IMG/VR virus record: IMGVR_UViG_3300037247_000923
Location: 1 to 50,931 of that record
Length of the DNA: 50,931 bases
Strand: one strand, 5' to 3'
From: a virus
Taxonomy: Duplodnaviria > Caudoviricetes
The notes beneath the pieces are model-generated. The model was not told where the DNA came from, ran no database searches, and was given only the letters and a program-made list of their open reading frames with translations. The translations under genes and the position numbers were made by a program. Shown here one piece after another: positions 26,059-35,082 of the stretch (positions within the stretch are counted from its first letter, which is position 1; every line of letters begins with the position of its first letter).

Positions 26059-26247
26059 ATGAGTATGGTCTACTGCCATACGTGCGACCGGCACATTGAC
26101 ACGGACTACGAAGTAGAGCCGTGCGAACGGTGCCTTGAAGAAGGTAAGCTCTGGTGTTGGATGTGCAGCACCGGATACGAGACAGCAGGTCGGAAATGCC
26201 CGAAGTGCGGGGAAACCGACTGCGTAGAGAAGTGGGAGGATGATTAA
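26059..26247 (+). CDS. Small double zinc-ribbon protein
   Basis: GAAAGGA RBS; four CxxC motifs in 62 aa. Confidence 0.7.
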   Translation: MSMVYCHTCDRHIDTDYEVEPCERCLEEGKLWCWMCSTGYETAGRKCPKCGETDCVEKWEDD

Positions 26248-26542
26248 AAATATGTGGATAGCCATTCTAAGTACGCTACTGCTGGGCCTTACGATTCTGT
26301 ACGGCCTGCGCATGTACGCTGACACCCGCCTGCATGTTCTGTTGCGGACCTATTTGCGACAGGCCGACAAGTACAAGCCGGGCGGCAGAGACACCGTAGT
26401 AATACCATACAACGAGTTGGCCTCTAAGGTTAACTGGAAGTCGGACAATTACCCGATGCGTACTGACAAATTCACGTCCAAGCCGGGCAAGCATCCGGCC
26501 AGCGTGAGTCCGGTGCGGCGGGCAAAGATGAAAGGTATTTGA
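26240..26542 (+). CDS. Hypothetical protein with N-terminal TM helix
   Basis: Hydrophobic N-terminus; GGGAGG upstream. Confidence 0.55.
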   Translation: MIKNMWIAILSTLLLGLTILYGLRMYADTRLHVLLRTYLRQADKYKPGGRDTVVIPYNELASKVNWKSDNYPMRTDKFTSKPGKHPASVSPVRRAKMKGI

Positions 26543-26862
26543 TGGACGAGACACAGAACAATAACCCAGACGATCAGAGAGACGATTTCGGAGCATCCGG
26601 AACAGACGAAACGACGGAGATTCCGCCTCAAATTGTCTACGGTATATCTATCTTTATGATGGACAACAACAAACCACACGTTGAAGTAAACGGAACCCCT
26701 ACTGCCCTTGACTTACAGATGCTCCTGGCCCCTGCCCTTGCTAACGTAACCGGCAACATTACCGCCGAGAAAGTGGTACAGCTGATGAAAGCAGAGGCCC
26801 AATCACGGGCTTCAAATGCTGCAAGTGAGGCCGTTAGGCGGCGTCTTTTGGGCGGCGACTAA
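26539..26862 (+). CDS. Hypothetical protein
   Basis: GAAAGG RBS; coupled to the next gene. Confidence 0.6.
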   Translation: MMDETQNNNPDDQRDDFGASGTDETTEIPPQIVYGISIFMMDNNKPHVEVNGTPTALDLQMLLAPALANVTGNITAEKVVQLMKAEAQSRASNAASEAVRRRLLGGD

Positions 26863-27218
26863 TGACTGCTGCAACACGCGGCATGGCCGCACAATTCCTG
26901 TTCATTGCGATGGCGCTTGAGTTTGGCTGGAACCCACAGATTCCTGCGTGTGATGATCTTGAGTACGATGTGCTTATTGAAGAATCTGACCGTAGCTTCA
27001 CGCGGGTGCAAGTCAAGCGTATCTATGAGAAGGACGGGCATCCGACCGTAAACATGACACGTCAAGATGGGAGTCGGTACGAGCGCAATGATGCCCAATG
27101 GTTAGCAGCCGTGGACATGCGGGCTCATAGGTTTTACCTGATTCCTTGGCACGAAGTATACACAGTAACCCGAAAGAGAATCACTGACGAACATGCACAC
27201 TACGCATACACCCTTTAG
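26862..27218 (+). CDS. PD-(D/E)XK endonuclease, small stand-alone type
   Basis: YDVLIE...RVQVK motif. Confidence 0.75.
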   Translation: MTAATRGMAAQFLFIAMALEFGWNPQIPACDDLEYDVLIEESDRSFTRVQVKRIYEKDGHPTVNMTRQDGSRYERNDAQWLAAVDMRAHRFYLIPWHEVYTVTRKRITDEHAHYAYTL

Positions 27219-28023
27219 GCCGACGAAGTTGGATGATTTCCGCGGAGACTGTAAGCCATCCGGAGATCAGATTAATTTCAAATACTGCCCCGTCTGTGGG
27301 CATGATGGCTGGAAGGCATACGTCAACCCACTAACTGGTGGATGGTTCTGCTTTGCGGGCATCCACAATCAAGGCGGCAAAGTAGAGGTCGGCCTGCCCG
27401 GCGATACTGCAGGCCAGTACTTACTAGACCTATTACACGCGCAGCCGCTCGGAATTCCTGAATGGTCGGAGACGGACTTGCCTCCGTGGGAACCGTTGTC
27501 GAAATCAGCACTCCGCTACCTTGCGAGTCGCCAGATAGACGAAGCGGCAGCTCGGCGCTACGGACTTGTCGAATGGACCGATCATTATCGGATAGTATTC
27601 CCGTATTTCAGCAACGCCGGGGATATGATCTTCTGGACCTCCCGCCGCTACTCCAAGGCGGTAGGTTATGGGCCCAAGTATCTCGCTGGACCGGGACCGA
27701 AGCCGCTGTATATGCGGCACGTTAATTCGGGGCACCTGGTTTTGGTAGAAGGCGTCTTTGACGCCCTATCCGTTGAGCGGGCGGGGTTCGCTGCGGCTGC
27801 ACTAGGCGGTAAGTCTTTGCCCCGCTATCTTGTAACTTTTCTCTTGACAAATGCCGAGAGATATGGTATAATTAATGTAATGTTAGACGCAGATGCGCTT
27901 GCTAAGTCGCTGGGCATCCGCTCACAACTAATGTCCAAACGGGTCGTCAAAATTTGTGCGTACCCGCCCGGACAAGACCCGGCTCAGATGGGGCCGGACA
28001 GAATACAGGAGCTAATCATATGA
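27193..28023 (+). CDS. DNA primase (Zn finger plus TOPRIM)
   Basis: CPVCG...WFCF zinc domain; LVEGVFDALS and LDADA TOPRIM motifs. Confidence 0.9.
   Translation: MHTTHTPFRPTKLDDFRGDCKPSGDQINFKYCPVCGHDGWKAYVNPLTGGWFCFAGIHNQGGKVEVGLPGDTAGQYLLDLLHAQPLGIPEWSETDLPPWEPLSKSALRYLASRQIDEAAARRYGLVEWTDHYRIVFPYFSNAGDMIFWTSRRYSKAVGYGPKYLAGPGPKPLYMRHVNSGHLVLVEGVFDALSVERAGFAAAALGGKSLPRYLVTFLLTNAERYGIINVMLDADALAKSLGIRSQLMSKRVVKICAYPPGQDPAQMGPDRIQELII
27844..27872 (+). promoter_or_regulatory. Consensus sigma70 promoter embedded in the primase gene, facing the polymerase operon
   Basis: TTGACA-AATGCCGAGAGATATGG-TATAAT. Confidence 0.85.
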
Positions 28024-28253
28024 ATCCAGCAGTTGTAATTCCCAACAAAAATACGACCCTCCATGTGGACAGGCGCGGACGAGTACGCTTCTCATTTGGA
28101 GGCCATCGTTTTGAAATTACCAAGAGCACAGTTTCAGCCTACAACCGTATGTGGTACGGCGAACAGCGGACCCTCAAAATTCCTGTTCGATTCCTGAACA
28201 ATCGCCTGTTCATGCTCAAGCTGTGTCAGGCACAGGAAATCTTCGATGTATAG
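28020..28253 (+). CDS. Hypothetical protein
   Basis: AGGAG RBS; ATGA overlap with the primase stop. Confidence 0.6.
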   Translation: MNPAVVIPNKNTTLHVDRRGRVRFSFGGHRFEITKSTVSAYNRMWYGEQRTLKIPVRFLNNRLFMLKLCQAQEIFDV

Positions 28254-28266
28254 GAAAGGATAAAGT

Positions 28267-28455
28267 ATGTTGGTCTGCCCTGAATGTGGCAAGGGTCCGG
28301 TGTTCGTTACACTTCTAGGCTACGGCAAAGAGAGTCGTGATGAGAACAGGGCTCGATGTGAAAATTGCGGTGCAATAGGTACCAAGTGTGACTGGGAATT
28401 GATTGAATGGCTACGTACTGCCGTTTTGAAGGCCAGGAGAAATGATAATGCCTAA
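28267..28455 (+). CDS. Small zinc-ribbon protein
   Basis: CPEC...CENC; GAAAGGA RBS. Confidence 0.65.
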   Translation: MLVCPECGKGPVFVTLLGYGKESRDENRARCENCGAIGTKCDWELIEWLRTAVLKARRNDNA

Positions 28456-30850
28456 GCCAACCACCGCCGTATTCGTACTGGGGTCGCTGGACTACACGGC
28501 TGCCCACAAGGGCGATGCCCTGGCCGCTGGCACTCTGGACCTACTGGACGAGATTGCCAAGCGGGCCAATGTACAGGCTGCCGTGGTCTTTGCCATCCAG
28601 GACTCCAAGCATGCCGGAAAGAACAAGTCCAAGATCGGTATAAAGGCCATCCGCGAAGAGCGCGGCCGCGTAATCAGTGAGATTGAGAACGCCAAGCCCG
28701 ACTTCGTAATGTGTTTTGGGCCGGTGGCTACGGCCAGCGTGTTCGGCAAAGGCAATCTTGTTGAAGGGGAGCTACTGCGGAAGGCGCACTATCCATTCTC
28801 TCGTGTTGTGGACTTTGACGGAGGCGGAGAGAAGGGCGAGGGCATTGAGCTAAGCGGCCCGCCCGTCTATGTCACCTTCGGCATGGAGAACGTGCGCTGG
28901 AAGGCAGGTCTCCGGAAGTGGCTGGTGTTGGACGTTGAGGCTGCGGTGAATGGGTGGACGGATACGGAGTGGGGCGATTACGTCGTCCTACAGCCGGGTA
29001 CAAAGGAATGGAATCAGTTGCCGCATCCATGGTTATTCTGTGGTCTGGGCTGGGGCGCAGGCAAAACTTCCCCAAAGGTCATAGGCTATGACCTTGAGAC
29101 GTATCCCGGCCTGTCTCCGTGGGATAAGGACGCCCGTATTCGGATGGCCGTTATCTCAGATCAGGTTGGGCGTGCATGGATTGTACAGGCCACACAGGAC
29201 AGTCGGTTTCCGCAGTGGCTCTACGATCTGATTGAGGACCCAAATACTATTAAGGCCGGGTCCAATATCAAGTTCGACTATCGGTGGCACCGACGCTTCG
29301 GCCACAAGATAGTGAATATGTACGACACGTCAACGCATGAGCATATTATCGACGAGAGTAACTCGAAAAAGGACTTAAAATCATTAACGTTTCTCTACGT
29401 CGAAAAACTAGGCGACTACTCCAGGGAACAACGCGACATGGTACGCAGTCGCGGAGGCTGGGAGTTTGTCGAAGATCACGAAATGTATCAGTACGCGGGC
29501 GGGGATGGAGAGGCCAGCATTGGCACCTATCACGGCCAGCAGCCGCTATTGAAGGGCAAAGAACGCGCGGCCCGGTTGTTCCGCGATTTGTATGCCGTCT
29601 TGGCAGAGATGGAACACAACGGTGCCTGCATTTCGATGCCAACCAACCGGCACCTGCACGAGCTATATGAGACGAAGCTGCGGGGATTACGGGAGGAAAT
29701 CGTGCAGGTGCTTGGTCCTATCAATCTGAACTCACCGACCCAATTGGCGAAGGCCTTGCAGAAAGCTGTGCCGCAAGTAAACTTGGCACTGAAAGACTGG
29801 AAGATCGTGGTTGGAGATGGTGAAGATTTGGAGACAAGCACCAAGCGGGAGGTACTTGAGCGTGAGTCGCACAAGCATCCCATCCTGAAAAAGGTACTAG
29901 AGTTTCGGAGCTATAGGACTAGGCACTCGACATTCATTAAGAGCGTGTACGAGAAGTACGCCGTGGAACACTATGGGTCATACTTTATTCACCCAACGTT
30001 CCGAAGCGACGTAACAGAAACGTACCGGCTCTCGTCACAGAGGCCCAACGGCCAGAATATTCCGCGAAAGGATAATGACGATGCGGAGCTGACCATTAAG
30101 AAGCAGTTTGTCTCCCGATTTAAGGGGGGCGAAATTCTCGACGCCGACCAATCGCAGATTGAAATTCGGTATGCGGCATGGTTGAGCCAGGACCCCAAGA
30201 TGATAGCAGCCGTCGAGTCAGGTGAAGATATTCATACAGCCATGGCGGCAATCATGTTGGACAAGCCAACCAGAGAGGTTACGGAACAGGAGAGGCAGGA
30301 TTGTAAAGCGCGGACGTTCCTTATCCTATATGGCGGCGGAGCGCGCAAGTTGTCGGCTGACCTGAAAATCAGTCGTCGGCGGGCACAGCGAATGATTGAC
30401 GAATATTTCTTGACGTTTAGCGGGCTTAAGCGTTTCATAGACGAGACGCACCTTAAAGCCAGACGTAACCTTTCGGTTACAACGGCCTTTGGGTTTACTC
30501 GCAACTTCCTGCAGCCGGACCATTGGGATTCGCCGGAAGGCTGGACCATCCAACGGCAGGCGTTCAACACCTTGGTGCAGAACGGTGCTGCGTGCGTGAC
30601 CTATTGCTCAATGATATGGCTGCAACGACAACTCGAAAAAGAGTGCTTGCAATCAAAGCTGATCCTGCAAGTTCACGACTCCATAGTGGTAGATGTATAC
30701 CCCGGAGAGCGTGACCGCATTGCGGAATTAGTTACGGCCTCAATGGAAGGTGCCCGCTCTATTACAACAGAGTACGGCGTTGACCTCGATATACCCCTGC
30801 GCTGTGATGTACAGGTAGGGCCGAACTGGGGTGAACTCAGTGGATTATGA
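28442..30850 (+). CDS. polA: Family A DNA polymerase with degenerate N-terminal UDG-like domain and 3'-5' exonuclease
   Basis: Exo motifs YDLET, NIKFD, YAGGD; motif A DQSQIEIR, motif B KARTFLILYG, motif C VHDS. Confidence 0.95.
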   Translation: MIMPKPTTAVFVLGSLDYTAAHKGDALAAGTLDLLDEIAKRANVQAAVVFAIQDSKHAGKNKSKIGIKAIREERGRVISEIENAKPDFVMCFGPVATASVFGKGNLVEGELLRKAHYPFSRVVDFDGGGEKGEGIELSGPPVYVTFGMENVRWKAGLRKWLVLDVEAAVNGWTDTEWGDYVVLQPGTKEWNQLPHPWLFCGLGWGAGKTSPKVIGYDLETYPGLSPWDKDARIRMAVISDQVGRAWIVQATQDSRFPQWLYDLIEDPNTIKAGSNIKFDYRWHRRFGHKIVNMYDTSTHEHIIDESNSKKDLKSLTFLYVEKLGDYSREQRDMVRSRGGWEFVEDHEMYQYAGGDGEASIGTYHGQQPLLKGKERAARLFRDLYAVLAEMEHNGACISMPTNRHLHELYETKLRGLREEIVQVLGPINLNSPTQLAKALQKAVPQVNLALKDWKIVVGDGEDLETSTKREVLERESHKHPILKKVLEFRSYRTRHSTFIKSVYEKYAVEHYGSYFIHPTFRSDVTETYRLSSQRPNGQNIPRKDNDDAELTIKKQFVSRFKGGEILDADQSQIEIRYAAWLSQDPKMIAAVESGEDIHTAMAAIMLDKPTREVTEQERQDCKARTFLILYGGGARKLSADLKISRRRAQRMIDEYFLTFSGLKRFIDETHLKARRNLSVTTAFGFTRNFLQPDHWDSPEGWTIQRQAFNTLVQNGAACVTYCSMIWLQRQLEKECLQSKLILQVHDSIVVDVYPGERDRIAELVTASMEGARSITTEYGVDLDIPLRCDVQVGPNWGELSGL

Positions 30851-31208
30851 AATTTGTATGAAACTCAAAGAGGCCGGATTTGAGCAAGATAAAAACAGGG
30901 GGGAGACCGCCTATTGGTGCCGATGGGAAGAGGAAAGAACAGGAATGTATTTAGTACAATGTCAAGTACTTGGTCCCGCAAAAAGACATCCTCATTATAA
31001 AGTACTTGTACGTTGCCCTACGTTACATGAGTTAATTGAAGCATGTATAACTCTTGAAGAAGATGGCGATTTTCATCTGGAACATCTTAATCATAACCAA
31101 TGGGGAGCAGGTACCTGCAAACACGAAGGGTGGCTCAGAGCAAGTACAGCTGCTGAGGCTGTAGCTAAATTATGGATAAAACTCAATGAAATTCGGAAGG
31201 CTGCATAG
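30831..31208 (+). CDS. Conserved phage hypothetical protein (KLKEAGF...PTLHELIEAC...AEAVAKLW)
   Basis: Motif pattern common in phage hypothetical proteins. Confidence 0.65.
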   Translation: MNSVDYEICMKLKEAGFEQDKNRGETAYWCRWEEERTGMYLVQCQVLGPAKRHPHYKVLVRCPTLHELIEACITLEEDGDFHLEHLNHNQWGAGTCKHEGWLRASTAAEAVAKLWIKLNEIRKAA

Positions 31209-31389
31209 AGAACCAGAGCTAATAACTTGTGCAGAATGTGGCGGTGATAAGTTTCAAATCGTCTTAAGTTTTTTCGTTTCGATCATCGGTTTCCGATGTA
31301 CGACGAAGGGCTGCAAGAACTTCATCCCAATTGAAGTGGTGAAGCCACCTGATAGCCCTCACCTTAACAATGGAGGTACCCCGCTATGA
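31186..31389 (+). CDS. Small zinc-ribbon protein
   Basis: CAEC...CTTKGC; ATGA overlap with ssb. Confidence 0.5.
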   Translation: MKFGRLHREPELITCAECGGDKFQIVLSFFVSIIGFRCTTKGCKNFIPIEVVKPPDSPHLNNGGTPL

Positions 31390-32144
31390 GTGGAGGTATT
31401 GACAGGACACAAGTGTTCCGCCCCAATATCAAGGCGAACACCGAGTCCACGAAGTTAGATAACTTGTTTGTGGATGTGCCGAAGGACGCTACAGTACGTG
31501 TGCGAATTTTGCCTATCCTGAGTGAGTCCAGTCTTATCTTTGTACGTGCCGAGCAGCACTACAAGATGAAGGCTACAACCGGCCGCGGTACGGCCCTTGC
31601 CTGCCTGAAAACCCATGGCACTGATGATACCGGCGACAACTGTTACCTGTGTGATTTGTCGCGGGTACTGGTCCGAGAGGGTGACGCAGCTGAGGTCCTG
31701 ATAGGCAAGGACATTTCTGTTTCTCCACGATGGTACACTCAAGTACTGCTGGCTGAGGAAGTCGGCCGTGACGAGAAGAACAAGCCGATTCTCAAGTACA
31801 ACGGCCCAAAGTTGCTCGGCCTGCCCAAGACCGGGGCCGATGGCGTCAACACGATTCTGAATAATATGGACGTGGCGGGTACACCGCTGTTCACAGAAAT
31901 CGACGATGGGCAGGATTTGCTTATTACTAGACACTCGGCTAGTCCATGGTACACAGTAGATCGTACTGGTATCGAAACCTCATTGGACGATATCTTCCCT
32001 GACTGGGAAAAGAAGATCATGCCCGATGTATACGCCGAGCTGGGCCTCAAGGTTGTTACGCGCGAAGAGCAGAAACAAGCTGCCATGCGTGCGTTCGGTG
32101 ACGAACTGGACTGGGTGGCCCTTGCGGAAGCGCATGGGCTTTAA
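31386..32144 (+). CDS. Single-stranded DNA-binding protein, T4 gp32-like
   Basis: VRVRILP...HY...ACL...CYLCD Zn site; DDGQDLLITR...YTV; lies in the replication module. Confidence 0.75.
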   Translation: MSGGIDRTQVFRPNIKANTESTKLDNLFVDVPKDATVRVRILPILSESSLIFVRAEQHYKMKATTGRGTALACLKTHGTDDTGDNCYLCDLSRVLVREGDAAEVLIGKDISVSPRWYTQVLLAEEVGRDEKNKPILKYNGPKLLGLPKTGADGVNTILNNMDVAGTPLFTEIDDGQDLLITRHSASPWYTVDRTGIETSLDDIFPDWEKKIMPDVYAELGLKVVTREEQKQAAMRAFGDELDWVALAEAHGL

Positions 32145-32149
32145 GTAGA

Positions 32150-32342
32150 CCGCAGGAAGGGGAGAGCGTTCAGGGATTTGCGCTTTACCCCGTGCGGGGC
32201 ACGACTGGTATAGCAGGTGAGACTTCGGTGGGGTAGGTGCAAGGCTTATACCCGTAGCCTACCCGACGAACAGCCCACACGCCAGTACGTTTCCGAGGAT
32301 CGTTGGCTGCGCCGGAGGCGTAGACAATCTGGCTCGTGCCCT
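32150..32342 (+). ncRNA. Candidate structured RNA (hairpin plus multibranch domain)
   Basis: Nested complementary stems GGGCACGA/TCGTGCCC, ACTGGT/GCCAGT, GGGTAGG/CCTACCC, CTGCGCC/GGCGTAG in an intergenic gap. Confidence 0.5.
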
Positions 32343-32363
32343 GACTTCTTTAGGAGAACCTAC

Positions 32364-32642
32364 ATGAGTATTATTGAGATGGCAAAGTTAATGGACAAGA
32401 ATACCGCCCTCACGGAGCGCGTGCTGGAGTTGGAGCGGCAAGTTGATGAATTGGGCGATTCGTTTGGCGCTGACGTTACCGCTCTAATTGATTCCGCTGT
32501 AAAAACGGCCTTGACTGTCGAACGCGCCCGCGTCAAGCCGCTTGTGGAGGCGGTGCGGGAAGCACTAGCAATGAACGACGAAGCACACCGAACATCGTTA
32601 AGACGCGCCTTTGCCAAGTACGAGGAAGGGGCAAATCTATGA
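32364..32642 (+). CDS. Coiled-coil hypothetical protein
   Basis: AGGAG RBS before ATG 32364. Confidence 0.65.
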   Translation: MSIIEMAKLMDKNTALTERVLELERQVDELGDSFGADVTALIDSAVKTALTVERARVKPLVEAVREALAMNDEAHRTSLRRAFAKYEEGANL

Positions 32643-33586
32643 CCCAATCAATTAAAGACCCCGTTCAAGCCCTGTACGACAACATGGAAGAACATGGGAT
32701 AGACATAGCCCGCGCACACCGGAATCCTGTTCAACGGTTCCGGGCTAGTGAAGCGGCCAACTGCCTTCGGCAGACTTGGTATCGGCTGTCCGGCTATCGC
32801 CCCGCACCCCGCGACGGCAACGGCCAGATATACGGTATCTGTGGAGATATAGACCACGACGTAACCCGACAGCTGTTTGAGAATTTTGGAGTAGAGATCG
32901 GCGGCGTACAGTATAACGATGATGGATCTGTCAAAGAACAGCTCTTTTTTACTGAGGAGTTTTCTGTAGAAACTCCGGCCGGTACCATCGAAGTTGTCTT
33001 GTCAACACGCGCAGACGGGGAGATTGACACGCCCCGTGGCAAGTCAGCTCTGCTTGAAATCAAAGGCAAGGGCTACTGGGTATTCGACTGGTTGCAGAAG
33101 GCCTTCACGCTGGGCTTCCGGAGCGCCGAACACGGGCAGATGGAAGCAGGCCATGAGGCCATGCTGCAGCGGGTTAAGGAAAAGGACAAGAACAGCTATT
33201 GGCAGACGCAAGTCACCATGAAGCTGTCAAAGAAAGATATCTGCTACCTACTCTACAAGGACCGCAGCAGCGGCCAGCTGGGAGTAGTGAACGACGAAAC
33301 AGGGGAACGGTCCGGTGTTTATGTAGAGTTTGACCCGGAGCTATTCCAGACAATTTTGGAAAGGTTTGCCTTTATCAAGCGCAAGCTAATGGAGGGCAAG
33401 CCGCCCGCGCCTGAGTTTTCGGCGGGCTCAAAAGAGTGCTCGTACTGTCCCTTTAACTATATGTGTCACGGTGCCGAAGAACGCCGAGTCAAGGGACTCA
33501 AGCCGGTAGTTCTGTACCCTGGCCCGCAGATGGAGATTCACTTGGAGGACAAAAATGACGACGACTACCAGGAAGAGCCGAACTAA
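32639..33586 (+). CDS. Cas4/RecB-like PD-(D/E)XK exonuclease with Fe-S cysteines
   Basis: ASEAANCLR, ADG..LLEIK, ECSYCPFNYMC. Confidence 0.85.
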   Translation: MTQSIKDPVQALYDNMEEHGIDIARAHRNPVQRFRASEAANCLRQTWYRLSGYRPAPRDGNGQIYGICGDIDHDVTRQLFENFGVEIGGVQYNDDGSVKEQLFFTEEFSVETPAGTIEVVLSTRADGEIDTPRGKSALLEIKGKGYWVFDWLQKAFTLGFRSAEHGQMEAGHEAMLQRVKEKDKNSYWQTQVTMKLSKKDICYLLYKDRSSGQLGVVNDETGERSGVYVEFDPELFQTILERFAFIKRKLMEGKPPAPEFSAGSKECSYCPFNYMCHGAEERRVKGLKPVVLYPGPQMEIHLEDKNDDDYQEEPN

Positions 33587-34019
33587 AGTTTATCTTGCCG
33601 GTCCTATGCGCGGGATACCGAATCACAATTTCCCCACCTTCTATAAAGCAGCAGCTATGCTTGAGATGTGGGGCTATGAAGTTGTGAATCCGGCCCGCTT
33701 GGACCTTGTGGAGAAACGAGCTGAGTTTAACTGGAATTTGCAGGAAGTTATTTTGGACAATAGTTTCACGATGGAGGACGCCTTGGCTAGAGACTACGAC
33801 GAAATTCGTACATGCGATGCTATCGTTTTACTTCCTGGCTGGCATGCTAGCCTAGGGGCGAGTAGAGAGATCGCGTTTGCGTCAAGTCGTGGGATTCCGT
33901 GTTACTCGTACTTTGAGGAAAGTCCGCTGAGTATGAGAAACCAGAAACCACTGACTATCACGGTAGAGGTGCTATGTAAAGTAGCTGAGGAAGGATGGGT
34001 AGCGAGTGAGAAAGTTTGA
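33555..34019 (+). CDS. DUF4406 / nucleoside 2-deoxyribosyltransferase-like protein
   Basis: VYLAGPMRG..NFPTF...VVNPA...CDAIVLLPGWHASLGASRE. Confidence 0.85.
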   Translation: MTTTTRKSRTKVYLAGPMRGIPNHNFPTFYKAAAMLEMWGYEVVNPARLDLVEKRAEFNWNLQEVILDNSFTMEDALARDYDEIRTCDAIVLLPGWHASLGASREIAFASSRGIPCYSYFEESPLSMRNQKPLTITVEVLCKVAEEGWVASEKV

Positions 34020-34428
34020 GACAGGGGCGACTAGAGATACGGAGGACGGTAAGCTGGACTATGAAGGCTTTTTATCCCCGACTGTTCTACAGGCGTATGC
34101 TGAGTATATGCACCAAAACCGAGTACAAGCAGACGGTAATCTGCGAGACTCAGACAACTGGCAAAAGGGTATCCCCATGTCGGCGTACATGAAGTCTGCG
34201 TTCAGGCATTTTATTGATTGGTGGACTTCCTATCGGAGGGGCACTCCCAATAAGGACGCGGCCTTGGCGCTGCTGTTTAATGTGATGGGCTTTCTGCATG
34301 AACAGGTCAGTTCCTCAACTCCATTAACGAATGATATTGTATGGATTGGTGCGGCTGAGTACAGAAAACTAAAAAAGAAGGGGCTTATTATAGATGGACC
34401 AGCAGCTAAAACGGATGATGCCTTATAG
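34006..34428 (+). CDS. dATP/dGTP diphosphohydrolase-like protein (DUF5664 family)
   Basis: FETGATRD..GKLDY...DNWQKGIP..YMKSAFRH. Confidence 0.75.
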   Translation: MRKFETGATRDTEDGKLDYEGFLSPTVLQAYAEYMHQNRVQADGNLRDSDNWQKGIPMSAYMKSAFRHFIDWWTSYRRGTPNKDAALALLFNVMGFLHEQVSSSTPLTNDIVWIGAAEYRKLKKKGLIIDGPAAKTDDAL

Positions 34429-34433
34429 GGAGA

Positions 34434-34919
34434 ATGAGGATGATTGACTGCTCTAAGGCACAGGAGTTACTTAATGATATAGCAGAACGTCTTGTCCCCA
34501 ATCCAGATGACTGGTATTGGTTGGACGAGTATCTGCTGTACAGAGGGGAAGTAAAGAAAATGAAATGGCGACATTTGACATTCAACAAAGGCATTACCGT
34601 CAGCGACGAAGGCACTATTGAGAAGAAACCAAAACCAAAGCCGGAGCCACTGATCGCCAAGAGCCAATGGCGTCTGAACACCGGCAAAACCGTTGTCTTT
34701 TACAACGGACACCCGGAGTTTGATATCGTGGCCGGAGCCAAGGGCGAAGTGGTAGCGGAGTATTATGGACCGGCCTGTAATTTTTATAGCATGATGATGT
34801 TCGATTACAAGAAGCCTAGCTACCGTGGGCTGCTGGTCAAGGTCGGCGGAAAGATGCTCGAAGTCAACGAGAGCCTGGTTCGGGTTGTTGTGAAGGCGAA
34901 GAAGAAAAAGAGGAAATAG
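34434..34919 (+). CDS. Hypothetical protein
   Basis: GGGAG RBS; 161-aa ORF. Confidence 0.6.
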   Translation: MRMIDCSKAQELLNDIAERLVPNPDDWYWLDEYLLYRGEVKKMKWRHLTFNKGITVSDEGTIEKKPKPKPEPLIAKSQWRLNTGKTVVFYNGHPEFDIVAGAKGEVVAEYYGPACNFYSMMMFDYKKPSYRGLLVKVGGKMLEVNESLVRVVVKAKKKKRK

Positions 34920-35081
34920 ATGGAATACCCACGGATGGTACGGCATCTTAAAGAGATAGTGAACCGCTCTTACAGCGGAAAGAAGCAAGTCCGAGTTATG
35001 GATATTGAAGCCGTCAAAGAAGCACTTGAACGCTTTGAGGAAATAGTTCCTGATCCATCTAAGAAATCCATAGGTTTTTAA
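34920..35081 (+). CDS. Small hypothetical protein (53 aa, MEYPRMVRHLKEIV...)
   Basis: Manual translation; GAGGA upstream; fills the gap exactly. Confidence 0.5.
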   Translation: MEYPRMVRHLKEIVNRSYSGKKQVRVMDIEAVKEALERFEEIVPDPSKKSIGF

Positions 35082-35082
35082 T

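Noticed and set aside
32196-32342. tRNA or tmRNA (GGGGCACGACTGG start resembles a tmRNA 5' end)
   Set aside because: No T-arm GTTCRA motif, no CCA acceptor end, and no tag reading frame
33555-34428. 2-aminoadenine (Z) genome
   Set aside because: No PurZ/adenylosuccinate-synthetase-like gene is recognisable anywhere in the complete genome
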